DNA of 64,000 bases, from positions 2,640 to 66,639 of the forward strand of contig JAJFUD010000065.1 of NCBI GenBank assembly GCA_021372585.1, written 5' to 3'. The stretch comes from a bacterium. Its GTDB lineage: Bacteria; Caldisericota; Caldisericia; UBA6126. This document shows, in pieces, positions 1 to 9,941 of this stretch. A program made the translations under genes and the position numbers. Within the stretch, counting starts at the first letter, position 1; every line of letters starts with the position of its first letter. The notes under the pieces were generated by a model. It was not told where the DNA came from. It was given only the letters and a program-made list of their open reading frames with translations, and searched no databases.

Positions 1-10
1 AGGTGAAGCT

Positions 11-1396
11 ATGAAAAGAATCAAATGGGAACAATTGGTAATTCTTTTGCTCGCAATAGGGTTAGCATTCTTGAGTATTTATTCTTATTGGGATGATGTA
101 AAGTATGGACTTGACCTTAAGGGCGGTGTCCATTTAGTTTTACAGGCAGAACCGATTGAAGAAACCGCAGAACCGCCTGCTACTGAAGAAGCGACACCAG
201 CTACAGAAGATACCACTGAAGAAACGACGGAACCGACCACCACAGAAGGAACTGCCCCTGAGACTACCACGGAAGAAGTGACCAATGAAGACTTAGAATC
301 ATTAGGTCCAAAGAAGATGACGACAGAAGACCTGGAAAAAGCCAGAACCGTTCTGGAAAAAAGAATTAACAGCCTTGGTGTGAGTGAAACCAGCATCTCT
401 ATCCAGGGAACTGACCGTTTGATTGTTGATATACCGGGTTTTTCCGATATTGACCAAGCCAAAAAAGTGATCGGTAAAATCGCTGTATTGACTTTTAAAG
501 ATGAGACCGGCAAGATTATCGTATCCGGAAAAAACCTGAAAAATGCCACCTTTGCTTTTCAGGCAGTAGATGAAGGCGGAATCAGACAGCCGGTTGTTCA
601 GCTCGAATGGGATGCCGAAGGGAAAAAAATGTTTGCTGAAGGCACCGCGGCGAATGTCGGCAAAACCATTAAAATTTACCTGGATGAAGAAGAACTGATG
701 GCACCAACCGTGAATGAAGCAATTCAAGACGGAAACGCTGTCATTACTTTTGGCGGAACAAAATCAGAGGAAAACACTAAAGCCGCTCAGGAAACTGCCG
801 CTTTATTGAGAGGCGGATCTCTTCCCTTGAAGTTAACCTTCCTGGAGGAAAGAATTGTAGGACCTTCCTTAGGAAAAGATACTATCAACAACACCAAAAT
901 TGGCGCGATTGTCGCTATATTAGCCGTTATGCTATACATGATTTTCTGCTATAAGATGTTTGGCGTCATCGGAGCCTTGGCGTTACTAATATATGCTTTT
1001 CTGTATTTAGGGTTTTTATTAGCCATCCGCTCTGTTTTCTCTCTACCAGCCATCGGCGCAGCTATTTTATCCATCGGAGGTGCGGTAGACTCGAATGTTA
1101 TTGTCTTTGAGAGAATCAAGGAAGATTATAAAACCGGCAGAACGCTCTTTTCATCAATTTCCTCCGGATTCGCTCATGGGTGGACCGCTATCTTTGATTC
1201 AAACTTTGCTATGATCCTGGCTATGGTGGTGTTATGGGCTCTTGGTACCCCCACTATTAAAGGGTTTGCTATTACCTTGATCTCCGGTATCATAGCTGCC
1301 TTGATTACTTCTTACTTTTTTACAAGGTTTATCTTAAATGTCATTGCCATCACTAATCCAAAAATCAATGAAAAATTGTTTGGATTGAAAAGATAA
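11..1396 (+). CDS. secD: Protein translocase subunit SecD
   Basis: N-terminal TM helix then GLDLKGG motif. C-terminal 6-TM domain with typical SecD/SecF signature (ERIKEDYKTGRT, DSNFAMILAMVVL). RBS AGGTGA 5 nt upstream of ATG at 11. Contains an unusual acidic Thr/Glu/Pro low-complexity insert (approx aa 50-95). Confidence 0.9.
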   Translation: MKRIKWEQLVILLLAIGLAFLSIYSYWDDVKYGLDLKGGVHLVLQAEPIEETAEPPATEEATPATEDTTEETTEPTTTEGTAPETTTEEVTNEDLESLGPKKMTTEDLEKARTVLEKRINSLGVSETSISIQGTDRLIVDIPGFSDIDQAKKVIGKIAVLTFKDETGKIIVSGKNLKNATFAFQAVDEGGIRQPVVQLEWDAEGKKMFAEGTAANVGKTIKIYLDEEELMAPTVNEAIQDGNAVITFGGTKSEENTKAAQETAALLRGGSLPLKLTFLEERIVGPSLGKDTINNTKIGAIVAILAVMLYMIFCYKMFGVIGALALLIYAFLYLGFLLAIRSVFSLPAIGAAILSIGGAVDSNVIVFERIKEDYKTGRTLFSSISSGFAHGWTAIFDSNFAMILAMVVLWALGTPTIKGFAITLISGIIAALITSYFFTRFILNVIAITNPKINEKLFGLKR

Positions 1397-1417
1397 TAGG
1401 AATAAGGAGAAAAAAAG

Positions 1418-2476
1418 ATGAATATTCGTCCAATTTTGGAATGGAACATAATCGGGAAGAGTAAAGGTTTTCTCTCTATCTCCGGTATCATGGTACTTAT
1501 CAGTCTTTTAATCATGCTGTTCAATACTTTTTTCAGTCCGATGAAATCACCGCTGAATTTTGGAATTGATTTCACCGGTGGCGTATTAATGAACCTGGAT
1601 TTCGAAAAAGAAGTTCAAGAAAGTAAGATCAGGGAAGTGCTTTCCACTTTTAACCAGGCAAATGCCACCATCCAGCTTGATCAACGCAACAAAAAACATG
1701 CCATGATCCGGTTGTCTGATGTAACCAACAAAGATGAAATCGTCAATACATTAGAAAAAGAGCTTGGGAAAATCAACAAAGATACTCAAAGTATAGATGT
1801 AATCGGTCCCGTGATCGGTGCTGAACTCCGGAAAAATGCTATCCTGACTGTTTCACTTGCTTTACTACTGATCTTAATTTACGTTGCCTTTCGGTTCCAT
1901 TGGAAACACGGATTGGCAGGTATTTTAGCGTTGTTGCATGATACCATTATCGCCCTTGGCGTTGTTTCCTTGTTTAGGATTCAAATCAATACTCCGGCTG
2001 TGGCTGCTGTCTTGTCTATTGTGGCTTATTCGTTGCAGGATACGATCGTTATCCTGGATAGATTACGAGAGAATATTAAATACCGCAAGGGAAATCAGAC
2101 ATTTGCCCAAATCGCCAACAAATCCGTCACAGAATCCTGGACCAGGTCCTTCAATACTTCCTTTACGACCGTTTTAGGTATCGCCGCTTTGACAATATTT
2201 GCAGGGGCTTCTTTATTAGATTTTTGTATTATCTTGTTAGTCGGTATGCTTGTGGGTACTTATTCCTCTATCTATATCGTCGTACCAATCGTAGTGCTAT
2301 GGGAGAAAAAAGAAGAACAATCCATGAATGGCATTCTTACCCCTGCTCTCTCTGTTGCTACCGGCAATGGCTCCAAATACAAAGCGGTATCTAATTCTTC
2401 TTACAATCCCGAAAAAAAATCAGAGCCAGATAAAACAGTTGTCATTAAGAAGAAAAAAACTACTCGCAGAAGATAA
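1418..2476 (+). CDS. secF: Protein translocase subunit SecF with Lys-rich C-terminal tail
   Basis: GIDFTGG motif and 6-TM SecF domain (DRLRENIKY, TSFTTVLGIAAL). Immediately follows secD. RBS GGAGAAA upstream. About 60 aa basic C-terminal extension (KKSEPDKTVVIKKKKTTRRR). Confidence 0.9.
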   Translation: MNIRPILEWNIIGKSKGFLSISGIMVLISLLIMLFNTFFSPMKSPLNFGIDFTGGVLMNLDFEKEVQESKIREVLSTFNQANATIQLDQRNKKHAMIRLSDVTNKDEIVNTLEKELGKINKDTQSIDVIGPVIGAELRKNAILTVSLALLLILIYVAFRFHWKHGLAGILALLHDTIIALGVVSLFRIQINTPAVAAVLSIVAYSLQDTIVILDRLRENIKYRKGNQTFAQIANKSVTESWTRSFNTSFTTVLGIAALTIFAGASLLDFCIILLVGMLVGTYSSIYIVVPIVVLWEKKEEQSMNGILTPALSVATGNGSKYKAVSNSSYNPEKKSEPDKTVVIKKKKTTRRR

Positions 2477-2496
2477 TTCTCCTATTTTGTTACCAA

Positions 2497-2531
2497 TAAA
2501 AAAAGGGCGGGTTACACCCCGCCCTTTTTTT
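2497..2531. terminator. Bidirectional rho-independent terminator between secF (+) and pcrA (-)
   Basis: A-run, then perfect 7-8 bp GC stem GGGCGGG / CCCGCCC with loop TTACAC, then T-run. Lies between convergent genes. Confidence 0.8.
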
Positions 2532-2557
2532 ATTGGTTTCATTTAAAGAGAAATCAA

Positions 2558-4783
2558 TCAGATTTTTTTAATCGGTGCGAACCTAAGATTCAACAACCTT
2601 TCCCCAACTGTATCAAAATGAATCCTAAGTACGGAATCCTGGTTAACACTTTCGATAGAAAGTACCACGCCTCTTCCCCAAATCTTATGGTCTATCTCAT
2701 CCCCGGTTTGAATGCTATCAAGATCGATAGGAATCTGTTTCTCTTTTTCATATATCTCTGCATGATGAGAAATAGTTTTTGGAATAAGCTTTGTTCCAAA
2801 AAATTCCGATACTGTGTTTTCTGAATGAATATTAGCCCTTCCTTTTACGACTTCTAGCATTTCTTCAGGAATTTCACTAATAAACCGAGAGGAGTTCGTC
2901 CTGGAAGTTTTTCCATAGATCTCCCTATTCATGGCATAAGAAATATATAAGTCTTTTTTTGCTCTCGTCATACCGACATAACATAATCTTCGCTCTTCTT
3001 CTAATGCTTCAGCATTGGTATTGGAGAGGTAATGGGGAAACAGTCCCTCTTCCATCGCTGACATGAAAACAATTGGAAATTCTAAACCTTTCACTGAATG
3101 AACGGTCATCATGGTAACCTTATCCGCAACAGCATCAAATTGGTCTGAATCAGAAAATAAAGCAACTTCAGAAAGAAAATCCTGAACAGTTCCAGCAGGA
3201 TGTTCCAGTTCAAATCTGCGTATCGCGGTGATAAGTTCAAGAAGATTCGCTTCTTTTTCCTTAGCAATGTAGTCCGGATATTCCTGGTACAGAGTGGTAA
3301 TCATATCTGATTTTTTCAATAAATTTTCACATAAAACGGACAATTTTTGGGAATTTATATGTTCGATTCCATAGTCTATAACACTTAAAAATTCCTCTAA
3401 TCCTTTTTTACCCCTTGTACTGGACTTATCGTTCTTAATTAAATGACGGCAGGCATGCAAAAAGTCGATATTATTTTTTACCGAAATTTCATCAATTTTG
3501 TGAATAAATACAGAACCAATATTCCGTTTTGGATAATTGATTACCCTATTAATGCTGATTCTATCAAGAGGATTAAACACTATTCGGATATACGCCAAAA
3601 AGTCTTTGATTTCTTTACGTTGATAAAAACGGTAGCCTCCAATGAGCTGGTAAGGTATCCCATTCTCAATTAAGGCTTCTTCAAAATTTCGGCTGGCTAC
3701 ATTGACTCTGTAAAGGATAACAAAGTCATTATACGAACGATTTTCTTGAATTTTTTGTTCTTGAATGATGCGCACGATTTTCTGAGCTTCATCTTTCTCA
3801 TTCATACAAATAATAAGATGTAAAGGATTACCATTTTCATTGTCAGTCCAAAGAACCTTTTTTTCGCGTTTGTGGTTATTTTTCACAATCGCGTTCGATG
3901 CAGACAAAATAGTTTTTGAACAACGGTAGTTTTGTTCCAGCTTAATCATCTTTGGATTAGGGAAATCGGTTGTAAATTTCAACATTACATCCGGTGAAGC
4001 ACCCCTAAAAGAATAAATAGATTGGTCATCATCCCCTACAACACAGATATTATTGTATTTTCCACTGATCAACTGCAAAAATCGGTATTGTGAGTAATTA
4101 ATATCCTGGTATTCATCTACCAGAATATATTGGAAAATTTCCTGGTATTTCTCCAGAACAGCAGGATGGTGTTCAAACAAATATATCGTTTGCGTAATTA
4201 AATCATCAAAATCCAGACAGCTAGTTTCTCGTTTTCTTTTTTCATAAAGCGAAAATATGGAATAAACAATCTCTGTAAAATAACTCTGTCCAGCACTTTT
4301 AAGATAGTCTTCTAATTCAACCATCTGTATTTTAGCGTCTGAGATAGCGTTATATATTGACTTTGGATTAATGCGCTTGATATCAATGTTCATTTCTTTC
4401 ATACAATCTTTGATCAGAGATAAAGAATCCTCTTCATCTATGACGACAAATCCCGAATTCAGAGAGATATGTTTAGCTTCCATCCTGAGTATTTTCAAAC
4501 AAATCGAGTGAAAGGTGCCCATCCACTTCGGGGATTTTGATGCTTGTATAAGAGTGGATATACGCGATTTCATCTCCCCAGCTGCTTTATTGGTAAAAGT
4601 GACAGCCAGGATATTCTCCATAGGTATCCCTTGTTCCAGGAGAAAAGCGATTCTGTAAATAATAACTCTTGTTTTACCAGAACCAGCGCCTGCATACACC
4701 GCCAAAGGTCCGTTTAAATGTGTAACCGCTTCTAATTGTTGTGGATTCAGTTCCGACAAAAAAGGATAGGCAGTTTGTTTCAT
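2558..4783 (-). CDS. pcrA: ATP-dependent DNA helicase, UvrD/PcrA family
   Basis: Walker A (AGAGSGKTRVI), UvrD motifs (DEYQDIN, QNYRCS, VHSVKGLEF, GMTRAK), and UvrD-like C-terminal domain (KIWGRGVV). Confidence 0.85.
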   Translation of the reverse strand: MKQTAYPFLSELNPQQLEAVTHLNGPLAVYAGAGSGKTRVIIYRIAFLLEQGIPMENILAVTFTNKAAGEMKSRISTLIQASKSPKWMGTFHSICLKILRMEAKHISLNSGFVVIDEEDSLSLIKDCMKEMNIDIKRINPKSIYNAISDAKIQMVELEDYLKSAGQSYFTEIVYSIFSLYEKRKRETSCLDFDDLITQTIYLFEHHPAVLEKYQEIFQYILVDEYQDINYSQYRFLQLISGKYNNICVVGDDDQSIYSFRGASPDVMLKFTTDFPNPKMIKLEQNYRCSKTILSASNAIVKNNHKREKKVLWTDNENGNPLHLIICMNEKDEAQKIVRIIQEQKIQENRSYNDFVILYRVNVASRNFEEALIENGIPYQLIGGYRFYQRKEIKDFLAYIRIVFNPLDRISINRVINYPKRNIGSVFIHKIDEISVKNNIDFLHACRHLIKNDKSSTRGKKGLEEFLSVIDYGIEHINSQKLSVLCENLLKKSDMITTLYQEYPDYIAKEKEANLLELITAIRRFELEHPAGTVQDFLSEVALFSDSDQFDAVADKVTMMTVHSVKGLEFPIVFMSAMEEGLFPHYLSNTNAEALEEERRLCYVGMTRAKKDLYISYAMNREIYGKTSRTNSSRFISEIPEEMLEVVKGRANIHSENTVSEFFGTKLIPKTISHHAEIYEKEKQIPIDLDSIQTGDEIDHKIWGRGVVLSIESVNQDSVLRIHFDTVGERLLNLRFAPIKKI

Positions 4784-4890
4784 AGATTCAAACCAACTTT
4801 CCGTACAAAAAACCTGAAGACAAAGAAACCAAAGTGATTAAAGAAGCTTCCTGTTCATAATCTAATACATTATACCCTTTCAAATCCCTT

Positions 4891-6087
4891 TTATTCAGCT
4901 TTTTTAGGCACAAAAACATCCACAAAACTGGAAAGATCTTCCTCTTTATTCTGCTTGACAGTTTCCGGGTTTTGTTCTTGTTCTAACGGCTCTTCCTGAG
5001 GAAGCAAATTCTTCCTGCTTAGTTTTATTTTCTTTTGGGTAGTATCGATCTCAACAATCTCAGCGCTAACTTTATCGCCGATTTCAAGTTCTTCCTTTAT
5101 TGAATTAATCCTGCGATGGCTTACCTGAGAGATATGCAGAAACGCATTGATTCCATCTTCTAATTCAACGATTGCGCCAAAATTCAGGTCTTTGACTAGT
5201 GTGCCTTCCACGATATCACCTGGTTTATATTTATCCTGAACCATTTCCCAGGGATCAGGAAGCGTTCTTTTATAGCTTAAAGAGATCTTTTGCTGATCTT
5301 CACTGATACCAATAATGCGGACCTTGATAGTATCACCCTTTTTCACAACATCATTAGGTCGTTTGGAAGAGCTCCATGTTAATTCTGAAATATGCACTAA
5401 TCCCTCAACATTGTATCCAATATCCACAAAAGCACCATAATCAAGTACATTAGTAACAGTACCATCAATCAGGGAGTTAATCTCCAAAGAAGAAATGAAA
5501 GCCCCTCGATTTTTATTCAATTCTTCTTCCTCGGTCACTTTATGGGAGACAACGACTTTTCTTTTCTGCGGATCAAATTCAATGATCCTCGTAAGTAAAG
5601 TCTGTCCTATATAATTATCGAGATTGACATCTCTTTTAACACTCACTAAAGAGCTTGGTAAAAATCCCTGAATGCCATTGATATCAACCACTAACCCGCC
5701 TTTCACTCTTTCGCGCACTTTTACGGGAATAGTATCCTGGTTCTTAAAAGCCTTTTCAATAATGTCCATCTGAGATTGATACATGGCTCTTCTTTGTGAT
5801 AGAAAGATGCCCCCTCGGGATTTTTCATCCCGTACAATCTTGACTGGAATCTCCTCCCCCACTTTATATTGTTCGCTTAATGGCTGGTTTGGATCGTACA
5901 AGACCTCTTCCAATGGGATAAAAATCTCACTTTTTCTCCCTAGATCCACTAATAAACAATCTTGATCAATTTTGACGATTTTAACCTTCAGCACATCGCC
6001 TTTCTTGTAAGAACCAACGGTCTGATCAGTATTGTTAAGAATTGCATTTTCAAACTCATCTAACGGTTTATCCGACATATCGAACAT
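4891..6087 (-). CDS. rpsA: 30S ribosomal protein S1 (four S1 domains)
   Basis: Repeated S1 RNA-binding domain signatures (GxV..I...GAFV.L..G..GL.HISE). Start moved to the internal ATG (MFDMSDK) at 6087, which has RBS GAGGTG 7 nt upstream. The ORF-track start at 6141 lacks an RBS. Confidence 0.8.
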   Translation of the reverse strand: MFDMSDKPLDEFENAILNNTDQTVGSYKKGDVLKVKIVKIDQDCLLVDLGRKSEIFIPLEEVLYDPNQPLSEQYKVGEEIPVKIVRDEKSRGGIFLSQRRAMYQSQMDIIEKAFKNQDTIPVKVRERVKGGLVVDINGIQGFLPSSLVSVKRDVNLDNYIGQTLLTRIIEFDPQKRKVVVSHKVTEEEELNKNRGAFISSLEINSLIDGTVTNVLDYGAFVDIGYNVEGLVHISELTWSSSKRPNDVVKKGDTIKVRIIGISEDQQKISLSYKRTLPDPWEMVQDKYKPGDIVEGTLVKDLNFGAIVELEDGINAFLHISQVSHRRINSIKEELEIGDKVSAEIVEIDTTQKKIKLSRKNLLPQEEPLEQEQNPETVKQNKEEDLSSFVDVFVPKKAE

Positions 6088-6248
6088 TCTACACACCTCA
6101 AAATACAACAGATTAAAACACACAGCTAAATAGTTTAACAAAGTTTGAAAGAAGAGTAAAGAAAGGTCTTGAAATTATTTGGTATACAGAGTTTTTTTAT
6201 TACACTGTTACCATGGATGTTGCATAAAGTTTTTTAAGGAGAAAATGG

Positions 6249-6770
6249 ATGAGAAAATTATGGATTACCTTAGGTTTATTACTTTCATTGACTGTTACTT
6301 TATCCGGTTGTCAACTGGTTGCCAAAATTTTTCCATCAAAGAAACTCCCGGACGATATACCCAATGAAGAAGTAACCACAAAGAAACCTCAATTGATAAT
6401 CCGTATTCCCATTGGTAGCGAGATTTATATGGTCAACGATCAGGAAATCAGTAATATCGATTATCCTCCGGCTTTTATAGATCAGAATAGTATAACCATG
6501 GTTCCGCTTCGTTTGATTATGGACATTATCGTTGCAAAAGTGGAATGGCTTCCCAATAGTAAAGAGATTATCATTTCCGATGAAAAAAGAGAGATTCGCC
6601 TCCAGATAAACAATCCCAAAGCGATTGTCAATAATATGGAATATGACCTTATCTCTCCACCGGTTGTCAAAAACGAAAGAACTTATGTACCTGTAAAATT
6701 TATAGCTGAAAATCTGGATTTTACGTCGGAATGGATTCCGGAAACTAAAACGTTGGTTTTATCGAAATAA
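6249..6770 (+). CDS. Lipoprotein with copper-amine-oxidase N-terminal-like (stalk / cell-wall-binding) domain
   Basis: Signal peptide with lipobox LSGC. C-terminal approx 90 aa match the Cu_amine_oxidN1 pattern (TMVPLR...V.W...K...I.........G...Y.PV.F.AE.L....W). RBS AAGGAG 7 nt upstream. Confidence 0.7.
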   Translation: MRKLWITLGLLLSLTVTLSGCQLVAKIFPSKKLPDDIPNEEVTTKKPQLIIRIPIGSEIYMVNDQEISNIDYPPAFIDQNSITMVPLRLIMDIIVAKVEWLPNSKEIIISDEKREIRLQINNPKAIVNNMEYDLISPPVVKNERTYVPVKFIAENLDFTSEWIPETKTLVLSK

Positions 6771-6793
6771 AAAAGGCATTAGCAGTTATAAAA

Positions 6794-9172
6794 TTATCCG
6801 ATATCCTGTAGGTTTCGTTTATCGAGAAAGGGTTTTCTGAATTCGATTTCTTCTTTGATGGTTTTCCAAAAATCTGACTCTTCCTTGATAGAAGCAACCA
6901 ACTGCTTTGCTTCTTCTATTAAAACAGCGTCTTTTTCTAACTGAATCATCGAATGATGGAAGAAACCGCTTTGCCTCTCGCCGAATAACTCCCCGGGACC
7001 TCTTTGCTGAAGGTCTTCCTCGGCAATTGAAAAACCGGAATTAGTTTTTTCCATAATGCTCAGTTTCTCCATTGCGTTCTCGTTCTCCACAATCAACCAA
7101 CAATAACTCTGTTGGGACTTTCTTCCTACTCTTCCTCTCAATTGATGAAGTTGAGCCAATCCAAATCTTTCCGCGTTTTCAATCACAATAATCGTCGCCT
7201 CAGGAATATCAATACCAACCTCTACTACTGTGGTTGAGACAAGCAAAGCGGAAGGTGTCTCTTTAAATTTTTTCATCACTTGTTCCTTTTCCTCAGCGGT
7301 TAGCCTGCCATGTAAAAGGAAAATATCTGTTTTTGGAAATAACGTTTTCATCTCTTCCGATTTTTGAATCGAATTTTCAGCTTGTATTTTACTGGACTCT
7401 TCAATTAACGGACAGATCAAAAAAGCCTTATTGCCATTCTCTAATTCTTTTTGAATAGCGTTATAAGCTTCCTCCTGACGGGTTCGATGTATAATTCTGG
7501 TGGTAACCTGCCTGCATCCACCAGGCATTTCCGAGAGAACAGAGACATCCAAATCCCCGTAACGACTCAGAGCGATCGTTCTGGGTATAGGAGTGGCGCT
7601 CATCACTAATGTATGAGGCCAAACTCCTTTTTCACGAAGCATGGAACGCTGTAATACACCAAATCGATGCTGCTCATCCACAATAATTAAACCCAGGGAG
7701 TCAAATTTTACTGCTTCCTGGATCACCGCATGTGTACTGACTACTATATCGATTTCATGGTGTTCAATCTTCTCAAGAAGAGCTTTCTTCTCTTTCTCTT
7801 TCAGGTCACTGATCAATAAAGCTGTTTTCACCTGAAAATGTTCCATGATAGAACTGATGAATTGATAGCTTTGCCTGGCTAATATTTCTGTTGGAGCCAT
7901 TAAAGCAGATTGAAATCCTTTGATAAAAGCTAAAAAGAGCATGGCCGCTGCAACGACTGTTTTACCGGACCCAACGTCTCCGTGTAGCAATCTGTTCATA
8001 GGATATTCTGCATTAAGATCGCGTATCATCTCAGTGAGTGCATGATTCTGCGTCTCCGTTAAGGTAAACGGTAAAGATTTCCTAAACACATCAAGATCAG
8101 ATTCCTTCACTGAAAACCGATGCCCTTGATGATGATGATTCTCATTTTTCTTTACCCTGGCTTGATATTGCCCGAAGAGAAATTCATCAAACACGATTCT
8201 CTGTCTGGCTTTCTCCTGTTTTTCAAATGTCTCTGGAAAATGAAGCGTAAAAATGCTCTCCTGTCTTGACATCCATTGTTTTTTTTCCAGTAGTTCTGCC
8301 GGCAGAAAATCATAAAGATACTGATTGTATTGTTCAAGCGTTTTCCAGATTAATTGCCTGAACCATTTTGGTCGCAAACCGGTCGTTAACCGATAAACCG
8401 GCACTATCCTCCCAGCCTGTAAGGTTTCTTTTTCTTCTTCCAGAATTTCGTATTCGGGAGAATTGATTTCATAATACTGATAACGGAAATCCACTTTCCC
8501 TGAAAAGATAACTATTTTCCCAATATTCTCTTCAAATGTTTTTTTGAGAAATTTCTGATTAAAAAAGACCAGAACCAGCATCCCGGTTTTGTCAAATACG
8601 ATGACTTTTAATATCAGATACCGATTGACATAACTTTCCTGAACTTTGGCAATCTTCCCCATAAATGTCTGGAAAGTACCCGATTGTGCTTTTCCAATTT
8701 CAAGAACAGAAGATCGATCCAAATAGTCTCTGGGAAAATAATACAATAGATCATACAAGGTAAACAATCCAAGACGATGCAACTGCAACGACCGTTTTGG
8801 ACCTACACCCGGAAGGAATTGTACCGGTCGGGTCAGTTCATTACGAGAGATCAAGGTTCCGGATATTTTCTGCGTGATAGATGCTTTAGTAGAATATGGC
8901 ATTTTAGTACTTTGTCGTCCGGAGACGAATTGAAATAAAGATTGATAATGAGCAATATCAGGCTTAGTCTGGTATTGCTCTAATAAGTCCTTCAGTTGAA
9001 GCAAAATATTTTTTGTTTCGTTTTGTGTAACATTTTCAAGTTCTTTTGCCACCAAGTTTAAAGCAAATTTCGAGAAACCCCCGATTACGGTTGAATCATG
9101 ATACCCGTTCTTTGGCTCATACGATAAAGGGTTTTCTATTTTGAGGAATAACTTTTTCAGGGAATCATTCAT
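6794..9172 (-). CDS. recG: ATP-dependent DNA helicase RecG
   Basis: Walker A GDVGSGKT, DEQHRFGV (DEAH-like box), helicase C motifs (RGRVGR), and N-terminal wedge/OB region. Overlaps the murI stop by 8 nt. Confidence 0.9.
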   Translation of the reverse strand: MNDSLKKLFLKIENPLSYEPKNGYHDSTVIGGFSKFALNLVAKELENVTQNETKNILLQLKDLLEQYQTKPDIAHYQSLFQFVSGRQSTKMPYSTKASITQKISGTLISRNELTRPVQFLPGVGPKRSLQLHRLGLFTLYDLLYYFPRDYLDRSSVLEIGKAQSGTFQTFMGKIAKVQESYVNRYLILKVIVFDKTGMLVLVFFNQKFLKKTFEENIGKIVIFSGKVDFRYQYYEINSPEYEILEEEKETLQAGRIVPVYRLTTGLRPKWFRQLIWKTLEQYNQYLYDFLPAELLEKKQWMSRQESIFTLHFPETFEKQEKARQRIVFDEFLFGQYQARVKKNENHHHQGHRFSVKESDLDVFRKSLPFTLTETQNHALTEMIRDLNAEYPMNRLLHGDVGSGKTVVAAAMLFLAFIKGFQSALMAPTEILARQSYQFISSIMEHFQVKTALLISDLKEKEKKALLEKIEHHEIDIVVSTHAVIQEAVKFDSLGLIIVDEQHRFGVLQRSMLREKGVWPHTLVMSATPIPRTIALSRYGDLDVSVLSEMPGGCRQVTTRIIHRTRQEEAYNAIQKELENGNKAFLICPLIEESSKIQAENSIQKSEEMKTLFPKTDIFLLHGRLTAEEKEQVMKKFKETPSALLVSTTVVEVGIDIPEATIIVIENAERFGLAQLHQLRGRVGRKSQQSYCWLIVENENAMEKLSIMEKTNSGFSIAEEDLQQRGPGELFGERQSGFFHHSMIQLEKDAVLIEEAKQLVASIKEESDFWKTIKEEIEFRKPFLDKRNLQDIG

Positions 9173-9941
9173 AAATATCGACAGGTTTTACTTCAATTCT
9201 TAGTTTAAGCCATGTTTGAACAAAATCAGCAAGAATTGCAGGATTACCTGATGTAAATAATATATCCTGATTGGCTTCTTTCTTATCGGGAATTTTATCA
9301 TATAACCGTTTCACCTGGTTTGAAACACCTTCTGTCGGATCTAAAACAGTAAAGTCGTCATGAAAATATTTTTTCAAAAATGGTTTTAAAAAAATAAAGT
9401 GAGTACATCCTAACACAATCGTGTCTATTCCTAATTGACGGATTTGGTTGATTTGATCAAGGATATACTGCTCTGAAGCTTTCTCGTGAAGAGTATTTTC
9501 TTCTACTATCTGTACTAACTTTGGTAACGGGAATGAAAAAACCTGTACGCCGTTGTTCCATTTTGAAACAAGCTCCTGATAGGCAGGACCGGCAGAGGCA
9601 GCATTTGTTAATAAAACAGCGATTTTTTTAGTTTTCGTCGCTAACGAAGCAGGTTTGACAGCTGGTTCCGTACCAACAAAGGGTATTGGAAAAATCGACC
9701 GCAAATACTGTATAGATGATATCGTTGCGGCATTACAAGCTACAACGACCAGATTTGCTCCCTGTTGGATAAGAAACTGGGTAATTTTGACAGCATATTT
9801 TTTTATTTCATCAGGAGTTTTCTCACCATACGGAAAATGTCCGTGATCAGAAAAATAGACAAAACTCGTGTTAGGTAGTTTTTGCTTACAGGCTTTATAA
9901 ATAGAAAGTCCGCCTACTCCTGAATCAAAAATCCCGATCAT
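9165..9941 (-). CDS. murI: Glutamate racemase
   Basis: IGIFDSGVGG, VVACNAATI, LGCTHF catalytic Cys motifs. Start overlaps the upstream oxidoreductase stop (ATGA). Confidence 0.9.
   Translation of the reverse strand: MIGIFDSGVGGLSIYKACKQKLPNTSFVYFSDHGHFPYGEKTPDEIKKYAVKITQFLIQQGANLVVVACNAATISSIQYLRSIFPIPFVGTEPAVKPASLATKTKKIAVLLTNAASAGPAYQELVSKWNNGVQVFSFPLPKLVQIVEENTLHEKASEQYILDQINQIRQLGIDTIVLGCTHFIFLKPFLKKYFHDDFTVLDPTEGVSNQVKRLYDKIPDKKEANQDILFTSGNPAILADFVQTWLKLRIEVKPVDIYE

Noticed and set aside
85-727. Two minus-strand ORFs (154 and 141 aa) inside secD
   Set aside because: Both are fully antisense to a well-supported SecD coding region. The low-complexity Ser/Val-rich translations are mirror images of the Thr/Glu insert and have no RBS.
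6179-6367. 62-aa plus-strand ORF overlapping the lipoprotein gene start
   Set aside because: It is out of frame with, and overlaps, the 6249 lipoprotein gene. The lipoprotein gene has a clear AAGGAG RBS and signal peptide. The 62-aa ORF has neither.
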